DNA of 64,000 bases from Candidatus Marinacidobacterium sp. (GTDB taxonomy: Bacteria > Acidobacteriota > Vicinamibacteria > Marinacidobacterales > Marinacidobacteraceae), in NCBI GenBank assembly GCA_965220965.1, contig OZ244852.1, positions 2,144,001-2,208,000 on the forward strand. Reading direction: 5' to 3'. The notes beneath the pieces are model-generated. The model saw nothing but the letters and a program-made list of their open reading frames with translations. It ran no database searches and was not told where the DNA came from. This document shows positions 7,835 to 16,340 of this stretch, in pieces. The first letter of the stretch is position 1. Each line of letters starts with the position of its first letter. Both the position numbers and the translations under genes were made by a program.

Positions 7835-9501
7835 GCCGGCGCCTCGCCGGGATCCTCGCCTCCGCGCTCGTTCTTTCGGCGCCGGCGACCGGCGCGCAGA
7901 TCCTCCTCGAGGAGGTGACGGAGGGAAGCGGCCTCGACTACCAAAACGTCAGCGGAGAACCCGAGAAACAGTTCATCGTCTCGTCGCTCGGCGCCGGCGT
8001 CGCCCTGCTCGACTACGACCAGGACGGCGACCTCGACCTCTACTTCGCGAACGGGGCGCCGCTCGTGGACCGGACGCCCGGTCCGGGACATCCGAACCGG
8101 CTCTATCGGAACGAAGGGGAGTTCCGGTTTACCGACCAGACCACGGCCGCCGGGGTCGGGGACGCCGGGTGGGGTTACGGCGTCGCGGTGGCGGACATCG
8201 ACAATGACGGCTTCCCCGACCTGTATGTCGCGAACCTGGGGCCGAACGCGCTCTACCGCAACCGGGGGGACGGGACGTTCGAACGGGTTCCGGACGCGGG
8301 AGGGGCGGATCACCCCGGGTTCTCGGCGTCCGCCGCCTTCTTCGACGCCGACGGCGACGGCGACTCCGATCTGATCGTCCTCGGCTACACCGCCGACGAA
8401 ATCGCCGACCTGCCCCCTCCCGGCGCCGGGGCCAGTTGCGTGTGGTTCGGTCTCCCGGTGTTCTGCGGCCCCTCGGGACTCATCCCGGCGCCGGACGTCT
8501 TCTTCCGCAACCGGGGAGACGGGACCTTCGAGGACGCCACCGCGGCCGCCGGGCTGGACGACGCGGCGCCGGCCTACGGGCTCGGGGTGGTCACCGGCGA
8601 CCTCGATGGGGACGGAGACCTCGACATCTACGTGGCGAACGACTCCGTCCCGAACCACCTGTGGCGCAACGATGGCTCGGGCTTCTTTCTCGAAGAGGGC
8701 CTGCTGGCGGGCGTCGCCTACAACGTGGATGGACTGGCCCAGGCGGGCATGGGGGTGGACGCCGGAGACTTCGACGCCGACGGACAGCTCGACCTGTTCG
8801 TCACGAACTTCTCCCACGACACGAACACCGCCTACCGGAACTCGGGCGGCGGGTTCTACGAGGACTCGACGACCCGGAACGAGTTGCGGATGCCGGGCTG
8901 GTTCTACCTGGGTTGGGGAACCCGCTTCACCGACCTGGACTCGGACGGCCGGCTGGACCTCTTCGTGGCGAACGGGCATGTCTATCCGACGGCGGAGGAG
9001 GCCGGGAGCGGCACGTGGTACGCGATGCGGAACCAGGTGTTCCGCAACGTGGGCGGCGGCGCCTTCGAGGAGAGCCCCTGGGAGGGTCCGGTCCGGTCGA
9101 GCCGCGGCCTTGGCGCCGGGGACCTCGACGGCGACGGGCGGCCGGACCTCGTCGTCACGAACGTGGACGACGCGGCCGCGCTCTTCGCCAACCGGAGCGT
9201 GGACCGAAGCGTCTCGCTCCGCCTCGTCGGAACGACCGCGGTGCGCGACGGCGACGGGGTCCGGGTGCGCTTCGTCTCGTCGGACGGCGCCGGCCAGTTG
9301 CGGGAAGCCCACCGCAGCGGGAGCTTCCTGTCTTCTTCGGATCCCCGGGTCCACCTGGGAGCCGGAGGAGAGGCTGCGGTGCGCGAGGTCGAGGTCCGGT
9401 GGCCCGGAGGCGAGGTGGAGGCGCTCGGCGACCTGACGGTCGAGGGCGGAGTCGTAGTGGTCCGTCAGGGGGCGGGTGTCGTGGCCCGGCGCCCGGAGTA
9501 G
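7831..9501 (+). CDS. CRTAC1-family / ASPIC-UnbV FG-GAP repeat protein
   Basis: Repeated DxDxDGxxDL motifs (DYDQDGDLDLY, DIDNDGFPDLY, DLDGDGRPDLV) and C-terminal SFLSSSDPRVHLG..VRWPGG; GTGA overlap with the TPR gene. Confidence 0.9.
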   Translation: MSRRLAGILASALVLSAPATGAQILLEEVTEGSGLDYQNVSGEPEKQFIVSSLGAGVALLDYDQDGDLDLYFANGAPLVDRTPGPGHPNRLYRNEGEFRFTDQTTAAGVGDAGWGYGVAVADIDNDGFPDLYVANLGPNALYRNRGDGTFERVPDAGGADHPGFSASAAFFDADGDGDSDLIVLGYTADEIADLPPPGAGASCVWFGLPVFCGPSGLIPAPDVFFRNRGDGTFEDATAAAGLDDAAPAYGLGVVTGDLDGDGDLDIYVANDSVPNHLWRNDGSGFFLEEGLLAGVAYNVDGLAQAGMGVDAGDFDADGQLDLFVTNFSHDTNTAYRNSGGGFYEDSTTRNELRMPGWFYLGWGTRFTDLDSDGRLDLFVANGHVYPTAEEAGSGTWYAMRNQVFRNVGGGAFEESPWEGPVRSSRGLGAGDLDGDGRPDLVVTNVDDAAALFANRSVDRSVSLRLVGTTAVRDGDGVRVRFVSSDGAGQLREAHRSGSFLSSSDPRVHLGAGGEAAVREVEVRWPGGEVEALGDLTVEGGVVVVRQGAGVVARRPE

Positions 9502-9514
9502 GTCCGCTCCCCCC

Positions 9515-10318
9515 TCACCGGCCCGGCTTCAGCCAGGCCCGCCAGCGGATCCTTGGCGAGCCCCGGAGGCGGCGAAGCCGAAGAAGGTTCCGGTGCCCGG
9601 CGACAACGGATCCGGGACGAAAGTACTGACTCCCGCCGGCGCGTCGCTCCCGGTGACTGACCTCGACCTCGGCGAACCGGACACCCTGCGCTCCCAGCCC
9701 GGCGAGGAACTCCACGACCGCGGTCCCGTCGTCGAAGCTGGTCGGCGCCAGCTCGAGCAGTTCCCGTCGGAACAGCCGGAAGTCGCAGTCCCAGTCGCGA
9801 AGCGGAAGGATCCCGAAGGTCTCCGCGACCACCCGGTGGAACCCGGGACCGAGCACCCGCCGGAGCCCGGGGTCGGCCCGCTCCCGGCGGTAGCCGTTCA
9901 CCAGCGCGACTTCGGGGCCGGCGGCGCCGAGCAGGCGCGTCACTTCCGCCGGATCGAACTGGCCGTCGCCGTCGGTGTAGGCCACGAGCGGCATGCCCGC
10001 CGCCGCGAACAGGTCCCGCAGCGTCGCCCCGTAGCCCCGGTTCTCCGGATGGCGGAGAAGCCGGAGTTCGGGCGTCTCGGCGGCGAGCGCAGCGAGGACG
10101 GCGGCCGTCCCGTCGGTGCTCCCGTCGTCGAGGACCAGGATCTCGAACGGGCGGCCGGAAGCGAGGAGCGCCTCCCGCCCGCGCCGCACGACCCACCCGA
10201 TCGATCCGGCGTCCTGGTACGCCGGAAAGCAGAAACTGACTCCGCGGAGGTCCGGCGCCTCCGCGTCGGCGGCGCCGGCGCCGACGGACGGACCCTGTTC
10301 GCTCACCGGACCCCGCAC
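9515..10318 (-). CDS. Glycosyltransferase family 2 (DPM/DPG-synthase-like)
   Basis: FCFPAYQ, VLDDGSTDGT, HPENRGYG, YTDGDGQF, DWDCDFRLFRR. Confidence 0.88.
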   Translation of the reverse strand: MRGPVSEQGPSVGAGAADAEAPDLRGVSFCFPAYQDAGSIGWVVRRGREALLASGRPFEILVLDDGSTDGTAAVLAALAAETPELRLLRHPENRGYGATLRDLFAAAGMPLVAYTDGDGQFDPAEVTRLLGAAGPEVALVNGYRRERADPGLRRVLGPGFHRVVAETFGILPLRDWDCDFRLFRRELLELAPTSFDDGTAVVEFLAGLGAQGVRFAEVEVSHRERRAGGSQYFRPGSVVAGHRNLLRLRRLRGSPRIRWRAWLKPGR

Positions 10319-10374
10319 ATGCCGTTGTCGGCGAAGATTCGGGGGGCCGGCGCCCCGCCGGACGCCCGATCTGC

Positions 10375-11112
10375 ATGGAACGCCTCGTTCTCGACCGCTT
10401 CGCCTCGCCCTGGCTGCGCAACCAGCACCTGGCGCGCTACCGCTGGGCGGCCGGAATGGCGGAAGGCCGACGCGTTCTCGACCTCGCCTGCGGCTCCGGG
10501 TACGGCTCGGCGCTGCTGCTCGCCGGCGGCGCGCGCAGCGTCGTATCGGCGGACCTCTCCGAGGAGGCCTTCCGGGACGCCTCCCGTCAGGCTGGCCGGT
10601 CGCCGGGGACGGCGGCGCTCCGGGGCGTCCGCGCGAGCGCGGCGGAGCTCCCGTTCCGGGACGGGAGCTTCGACCTCTATGTCTCCTTCGAGACGATCGA
10701 GCACGTCGCGGCCGACGGCGACGTGATCCGGGAGGCGCGCCGGGTGCTGGCGCCCGGGGGCGTGCTCCTGTGCTCCACCCCGGAGCGCGAGGTCATCAGC
10801 CCGGGCCGGACGCTCCAGGATCGACCGGACAACCCGTATCACGAGCGGGAGTACGCCCTCGCCGAGTTCGACGCCCTGCTCCGACCCGAATTCCTCGAGA
10901 TCGAGTGGTACGGCCAGACGGTCTGCTCCACCTCGTGGAAGCGGGTGCTGGAGGTTCTGGGCCGCGCGTCTCCCTTCCTCTCTCGCAAGGCGCATCAGGC
11001 GCGCAACATCGCGCACCTGCCGGTCGAGGGAGAGCGCCGCCACGCTCCCTACGCCCTCGCCGGCGCCCGGGGCTGGCCGGAAGTGCTCATCGCGCGCTGC
11101 GGACCGGTCTGA
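10375..11112 (+). CDS. Class I SAM-dependent methyltransferase
   Basis: HLARYRWA, VLDLACGSGYG, SFETIEHV, NPYHEREY. Confidence 0.88.
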   Translation: MERLVLDRFASPWLRNQHLARYRWAAGMAEGRRVLDLACGSGYGSALLLAGGARSVVSADLSEEAFRDASRQAGRSPGTAALRGVRASAAELPFRDGSFDLYVSFETIEHVAADGDVIREARRVLAPGGVLLCSTPEREVISPGRTLQDRPDNPYHEREYALAEFDALLRPEFLEIEWYGQTVCSTSWKRVLEVLGRASPFLSRKAHQARNIAHLPVEGERRHAPYALAGARGWPEVLIARCGPV

Positions 11113-11130
11113 CCCGGCGCACGGCCCGCG

Positions 11131-11844
11131 TTACCGCGAGACGACCGTCGCTTCCTCGATGAGGATCGGGGTGGCCGGCACATCGTTGTGGCCGGCGCGG
11201 GCGACCACCGGCGAGGCCTCGATCCGGTCGATCGCCTCCATCCCGGAGACGACCTTGCCGAACACCGCGTAGCCCCAGCCCCTCGGGCTCGGGGAGGTGT
11301 GGTCCAGCATCGGGTTGTCCCGGGTGTTCACGAAGAACTGGGAACTGGCGCTGTGGGGATCCATCGTCCGCGCCATGGAGAGCGTGCCGCGGAGATTCCG
11401 GAGGCCGTTCTGCGCCTCGTTCGGGATCGGTTCGCGGGTGTCCTTCTCGTCCATCTCCGCGGTGAAGCCGCCGCCCTGGATCACGAAGCCCCGGACGACC
11501 CGGTGGAAGATCGTGCCGTCGTAGAAGCCGTCGTCCACGTACTGCAGGAAGTTCTGCACCGTCTCGGGCGCGTCCTCGGGGTAGAGCTCGATCCGGAGGT
11601 CTCCCTCCGAAGTCCGCATCAGGACCACCGGGAGGCCCGGGGTCACGAGGTCCGCCTCCCGGGTTCCCCCGTCTTCCGGCGCATCGGCTTCGAGCTCCAT
11701 GGCGCTCTCGTCCGGAGGCGCTTCCTCATCGGAAGCCGCGCCGGACTCGCCGGAATCGGCGCCGCAGCCCGAGAGGGCCGCCGCCAGGAAGAAACCGGCG
11801 AGGGTCGCCGGCAGGCGAAATCGGATGGGGCGGAGAACAGGCAA
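11131..11844 (-). CDS. Cyclophilin-type peptidyl-prolyl cis-trans isomerase, probable lipoprotein
   Basis: FYDGTIFHRVVRGFVIQGGG, MARTMDPHSASSQFFVN, GYAVFGKV; lipobox ALSGC. Start uncertain (TTG at 11844 chosen). Confidence 0.9.
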   Translation of the reverse strand: MPVLRPIRFRLPATLAGFFLAAALSGCGADSGESGAASDEEAPPDESAMELEADAPEDGGTREADLVTPGLPVVLMRTSEGDLRIELYPEDAPETVQNFLQYVDDGFYDGTIFHRVVRGFVIQGGGFTAEMDEKDTREPIPNEAQNGLRNLRGTLSMARTMDPHSASSQFFVNTRDNPMLDHTSPSPRGWGYAVFGKVVSGMEAIDRIEASPVVARAGHNDVPATPILIEEATVVSR

Positions 11845-11944
11845 GACGGAAGTCCTCGGAGAGCCTGCGCCAACGGCGTCGGAGCAGGAGCATGGGGCCG
11901 GGCGGGCGCGCGGGCTGGGAGCGACATGACGCCGTGGAACACCG

Positions 11945-12472
11945 CTACCCCTCGAGCGCAAGCAGCCAGCGCTTGGCGTCGAGCCCGCCGCCATACCCGG
12001 TCAGGGCCTCGGAAGAACCCACGACCCGGTGGCAGGGGATGACGAGCGGCAGGGGATTCGTGGCGTTCGCCGCGCCCACGGCGCGGACCGCCTTCGGGTT
12101 GCCGATGGCGCGGGCGATGTCGGCATAGGTGGCGCGGCCGCCGTAGGGGACCCGCGAGACCTCCCCGAGAACGGACTGCTGGAAGTCGGTCCCGGTGCGA
12201 TGCACCGGAAAGGTGAAGTCCCGGCGCTCGCCCTCGAGGTACTGCCGGAGCTCGAGGGCGAAGCGGGCGTGCTCGCCGGAGCCGGCGGGAACGCTGCGCT
12301 CCACGTTCCGGTCCTTCCAGGCCTGGGAGGCCGCGCTGCGGCGCTCGTCGCAGAACAGGATCGCCGCCAGCCTCCGCCCGCCATCCGGAGCGGCCACGCT
12401 CAGGAGCTCGAGTCGCCCGATTTCGGCGATGCCAGTGTGCAGGTAGGAGGAGTGGCAGTCGAGCTTGGGCAT
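11945..12472 (-). CDS. ogt: Methylated-DNA--protein-cysteine methyltransferase
   Basis: GTDFQ, VPYG..ATY, RAVGAANATNP, IPCHRV active site, LTGYGGG. Confidence 0.93.
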   Translation of the reverse strand: MPKLDCHSSYLHTGIAEIGRLELLSVAAPDGGRRLAAILFCDERRSAASQAWKDRNVERSVPAGSGEHARFALELRQYLEGERRDFTFPVHRTGTDFQQSVLGEVSRVPYGGRATYADIARAIGNPKAVRAVGAANATNPLPLVIPCHRVVGSSEALTGYGGGLDAKRWLLALEG

Positions 12473-12531
12473 CGCGGGATTCTAGTGGCCGACAGGACCG
12501 ATTTCCCCCGCGGGTACGCTTCCCCGCCGTC

Positions 12532-13203
12532 GTGCCGCCCCCCGTCTCCGCCGTCCTGTTCGACTGGGACGGGACCCTCGCGGACAGCTTCGCCGCGACC
12601 CACCACGCCTCCATGGCGGTGTTCCGTCATTTCGGGATCGCCATGGACGAAATCCGCTACCGGGACACCTACCGCCCGGACTGGCACGAGACCTACCGGC
12701 AGCTCGGCATCCCCGAGGAGCGCTGGGACGAGGCGGGCCGCATCTGGCGCGGCCGCTACCTCGAGCGCAGCGCCGATGTGGCGCTCTTTCCGGGCGCGGC
12801 CGAGGCGCTCGACGCGCTCGCGTCGGCGGGCGTGGCGGTGGGAGTCGTCACGAGCGCCGATCGGGTCCGGTTTCTCGCCGACCTGGACCGGCTCGGACTG
12901 GCGACGCGCTTCGCGGCGCTCGTGGCGTTCGAGGATGTCGTCGCCCGCAAGCCGGACCCGGAAGGCCTTTTCCTCGCGCTCCGGCAACTGGAGGTCGGCC
13001 CGGCCGAGGTCTTCTATGTGGGCGACCGGCACGAGGACATCGAGATGGGTCGCCGGGCGGGGACGAGGACCGCGGCGGTGGTGAGCGCCTTCAGCGAGGA
13101 GGCCCGGCTGCGGGCGGCGGAACCGGACCTGCTGCTGACATCGCTTAGGGACCTGCCGCGGCTGGTGGGCGCGTCGGAGCCGCGGAAAGTCGCCGTTTCC
13201 TGA
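12532..13203 (+). CDS. HAD-family hydrolase (phosphoglycolate phosphatase-like)
   Basis: FDWDGTLADS, KPDPEG, YVGDRHEDI. Confidence 0.9.
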   Translation: MPPPVSAVLFDWDGTLADSFAATHHASMAVFRHFGIAMDEIRYRDTYRPDWHETYRQLGIPEERWDEAGRIWRGRYLERSADVALFPGAAEALDALASAGVAVGVVTSADRVRFLADLDRLGLATRFAALVAFEDVVARKPDPEGLFLALRQLEVGPAEVFYVGDRHEDIEMGRRAGTRTAAVVSAFSEEARLRAAEPDLLLTSLRDLPRLVGASEPRKVAVS

Positions 13204-13216
13204 GCCCCGCGGCGCG

Positions 13217-14566
13217 GTGACGCCCCAGCCCGGACCCGCCCGGCTTCGCTACCCCGCGAGCTCCGTCCTCTATCGCGATCTCGAGCGGACCTACGAGCTC
13301 GCCGAACGCGCCGAGGGGGTCTGGATCGAGGGCGCCGACGGCCGACGCTGGCTCGACGCCTGCGGCGGCGCCCTCACCGTCAGCCTCGGGCACGGGCGGG
13401 CCGAGCTGACGCGGGCGGCCACCCGCCAGATCGAGGCGGTCGCCTATGTCCACGGGGCGCAGTTCACGACGAAGGCGATGGAGGAAGCGGCCGCCTCGCT
13501 CGTCGCCGCGCTCCCCGCCGGCTACCAGGGGTCGAAGGTCTACCTGACCCCCGGCGGGGCGGAGGCCGTGGAGACGGCGATCAAGCTGGCGCGGGCCTAC
13601 GCGCTGGCGAAGGGCCGGCCGGAGCGGAACCGGGTCGTCTCCCAGCGGCCGGGCTACCACGGGAACACGCTGGGCGCGCTGTCGGTCTCGGGACGCGACG
13701 CGCTCCGCGCGCCGTACCTGCCGATGCTCACTGAAGCGCCGCTGGTCGCAGCGCCCTGGTGCCCGAGGTGCCCGCTGGGACTGGTCTTTCCGGAGTGCGG
13801 CGTCGCCTGCGCCGAGGACGTGGAGCGGGTGCTGGCCGTTGACGAGTCGGTCGCCGCCGTGTTGGTGGAACCGGTGCTGGGGGCGTCCGCGGGGGGATTC
13901 GCGCCGCCGGAGGACTACCTGCGGCGGATTCGCCGCGCGGCATCGGACCAGGAGGCGCTGCTGATCGCCGACGAGGTCCTCACCGGGTGCGGGAGAACCG
14001 GCCGGTTCCTCGCCTCGGAACACGCCGGCGTCGAAGCGGACATCGTGGTTCTGGGTAAAGGGCTGACGTCCGGGGTCCTTCCCGGCGGCGCGGTCGTCGC
14101 GAAACCCTGGATCGTGGAGGCGGTGGCGCCCGACTTCCGTCACGGGTTCACGTTCTCCCACCACGCGGTGGTGGCGGCGGTCGTCCGGGAAGTGCTGCGG
14201 GTGATCCGCCGGGAGAAGCTGGTGGCGCGGGCCGCCGATCTCGAGAAAGACCTCCACGCCGCGGCGGCGCCGCTGGCCGGGTGGTCGGCCGTCGAGGGGG
14301 TCTGGGCGCGGGGGCTGCTGGCCGGGATCGCCTTCCGGCCGCTCGGCGCGGGGGGCGTGTCGGCGCGGGCATTCGCCGGCGCGGCCTGGGAAGCGGGACT
14401 CCTCGTCTACCCGGTGGCGGGCCCGCCGGCGCGCGCCGGGGACACACAGGAGCGGCAAGGCGACCTGGCCCTGCTGGCGCCGCCGCTCACCGCGACCCGC
14501 GCCGAGCTGGAGGAGATTGGCCGCCGCCTGCTGACGGCCATGGAGTCCGCATCCCGCGCCCGATAA
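13217..14566 (+). CDS. Class III PLP-dependent aminotransferase
   Basis: GGAEAVETAIK, YHGNT, LIADEVLTGCGRTG, GKGLTSG, HGFTFS. Confidence 0.9.
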   Translation: MTPQPGPARLRYPASSVLYRDLERTYELAERAEGVWIEGADGRRWLDACGGALTVSLGHGRAELTRAATRQIEAVAYVHGAQFTTKAMEEAAASLVAALPAGYQGSKVYLTPGGAEAVETAIKLARAYALAKGRPERNRVVSQRPGYHGNTLGALSVSGRDALRAPYLPMLTEAPLVAAPWCPRCPLGLVFPECGVACAEDVERVLAVDESVAAVLVEPVLGASAGGFAPPEDYLRRIRRAASDQEALLIADEVLTGCGRTGRFLASEHAGVEADIVVLGKGLTSGVLPGGAVVAKPWIVEAVAPDFRHGFTFSHHAVVAAVVREVLRVIRREKLVARAADLEKDLHAAAAPLAGWSAVEGVWARGLLAGIAFRPLGAGGVSARAFAGAAWEAGLLVYPVAGPPARAGDTQERQGDLALLAPPLTATRAELEEIGRRLLTAMESASRAR

Positions 14567-14595
14567 TGGGGAGCGGCGACGGGATGGAGCGACGC

Positions 14596-15519
14596 ATGAC
14601 GGACGGGCCCCGGGTGATGACGATGCGGGAGGCGGTTGCGCGCTTCGTTCACGACGGGAACACCGTCGTTCTCGAGGGGTTCACCCACCTGATCCCGTTC
14701 GCGGCCGGGCACGAGATCATCCGGCAGCGGAAGCGGGATCTCACGCTCGTGCGCCTCACGCCCGACCTGCTGATGGACCAGATGGTCCACGCCGGGACCG
14801 CGGCGAAGCTGGTGTTCGGCTGGCTGGGGAACCCGGGGGTGGGCTCGCTCCACGCCGTCCGCCGCGCCGTCGAGAAGGGACTCCCCCGACCGCTCGAGAT
14901 CGAGGAGTACTCCCACTTCGGCCTCCTCTGCCGCTACAAGGCGGGCGCCTCCGGGCTTCCCTTCTTCCCGCTGCGGGGGTACCGGGGAACGGACTACCCC
15001 CGGGTGAACTCCTGGATCCGCGAGGTCACCTGCCCCTTCACCGGCGAGGTTCTGGACGCGGTTCCGGCGCTCCGCCCCGATGTGGCGGTGGTGAACGCCC
15101 AGCGCGCGGATCCGGAGGGGAACGCCCAGATCTGGGGTCTGGTGGGGGCGCAGCGGGAAGCGGCCTTCGCCGCCCGGCGGGTCATCGTGGTCGTCGAAGA
15201 AGTCGTTGACGAGGCCGTCGTCCGCTCGGATCCGAACCGGACGCAGATCCCGGGGACGATCGTGGACGCCATCGTGGAAGAACCGGGCGGCGCCCACCCC
15301 AGCTTCGCCCAGGGCTACTACGACCGGGACAACCTCGCCTACCTCGCCTGGGACCGGATCACCCGGGATCCGGCGGCGCTCGACCGCTACCTCGAGGAGT
15401 GGGTCTTCGGCCTGTCGGGCCGCGCGGACTACCTGGCCCGCCTCGAGCCGGGGACGATGGACCGGCTGCGTCCCGGGCCGCGGCTCGCGGCGCCGGTGAA
15501 CTACGGGGACTACCGGTGA
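14596..15519 (+). CDS. CoA-transferase subunit A (glutaconate CoA-transferase type)
   Basis: LEGFTHLIPFAAGHEIIRQ, GNPGVGSL, GAHPSFAQGYYDRDN; ATG at 14596 after GGAG. Confidence 0.88.
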   Translation: MTDGPRVMTMREAVARFVHDGNTVVLEGFTHLIPFAAGHEIIRQRKRDLTLVRLTPDLLMDQMVHAGTAAKLVFGWLGNPGVGSLHAVRRAVEKGLPRPLEIEEYSHFGLLCRYKAGASGLPFFPLRGYRGTDYPRVNSWIREVTCPFTGEVLDAVPALRPDVAVVNAQRADPEGNAQIWGLVGAQREAAFAARRVIVVVEEVVDEAVVRSDPNRTQIPGTIVDAIVEEPGGAHPSFAQGYYDRDNLAYLAWDRITRDPAALDRYLEEWVFGLSGRADYLARLEPGTMDRLRPGPRLAAPVNYGDYR

Positions 15520-16298
15520 CGCGCTCCGCCGCGCCCGCCAGCCGGGCCGAAGTCATGGTGTTCGCGGCCAGCCGGGAGGTCCGCGACGGCGACTGCGTGT
15601 TCGTGGGCGTCGGGCTCCCGAACCTCGCGGTCCAGTTGGCGCGGCGCGGCCACGCCCCCGGCGCCCGGCTGATCTACGAGTCCGGGGTGTTCGGCGCGCG
15701 GCCGGCCCGCCTCCCGATCTCGATCGGGGATCCATGCCTCGTGACCGGGGCAGCGCAGGTGCTCCCGATGGCCGAGATGTTCCTCTATTTCCTGCAGGGG
15801 GGCCGGACCGACCTCGGGTTCCTGGGAGCGGCGCAGGTGGACCGGTTCGGGAACCTGAACACGACCGTGGTCGGAAACGACTACGCGAATCCCCGGATCC
15901 GTCTTCCCGGCGCCGGGGGCGCGCCGGACATCGCCTGGAACGCTCGCCGCACGGTGGTGATCCTGCGGCAGGACCGGCGGAAGTTCGTTCCCCGCCTCGA
16001 CTTCCGGACGACCGTGGGCTGGGATGAAGGCGGGCGCTCGCGGGAGGCCCTCGGTGCGCCGGGCGGTGGTCCCACCCGCGTCATCACGGACCTCGGGGTC
16101 TACGGATTCGACGGAACGACGCGCGAGATGGTCCTCGAGTCGGTGCACCCCGGCGTGGACATCGCCGAGGTCCGGGCGGCGACCGGGTGGGACCTGCGCA
16201 CCGCCGCGGAAGTCGGAACGACGCCGGTTCCCGAAGTCGGGGAACTCGCGCTGCTTCGCGACGAGATCGACCCCGGAGGCATCTACCTGGGGCGGTAG
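15516..16298 (+). CDS. CoA-transferase subunit B
   Basis: FVGVGLP, LIYESG, GAAQVDRFGNLNTT, RLPGAGGAPDI, ATGWDL; GTGA overlap with subunit A. Confidence 0.88.
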   Translation: MTRSAAPASRAEVMVFAASREVRDGDCVFVGVGLPNLAVQLARRGHAPGARLIYESGVFGARPARLPISIGDPCLVTGAAQVLPMAEMFLYFLQGGRTDLGFLGAAQVDRFGNLNTTVVGNDYANPRIRLPGAGGAPDIAWNARRTVVILRQDRRKFVPRLDFRTTVGWDEGGRSREALGAPGGGPTRVITDLGVYGFDGTTREMVLESVHPGVDIAEVRAATGWDLRTAAEVGTTPVPEVGELALLRDEIDPGGIYLGR

Positions 16299-16340
16299 CC
16301 CCGGAATCAGCCGAGGCTCCGGGATGGCGCCGCCGTAGGC

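Noticed and set aside
8000-9160. Recurring GACxxxGACGGCGAC-type short repeats
   Set aside because: These encode FG-GAP DxDxDG motifs; spacing and identity do not fit a CRISPR array.
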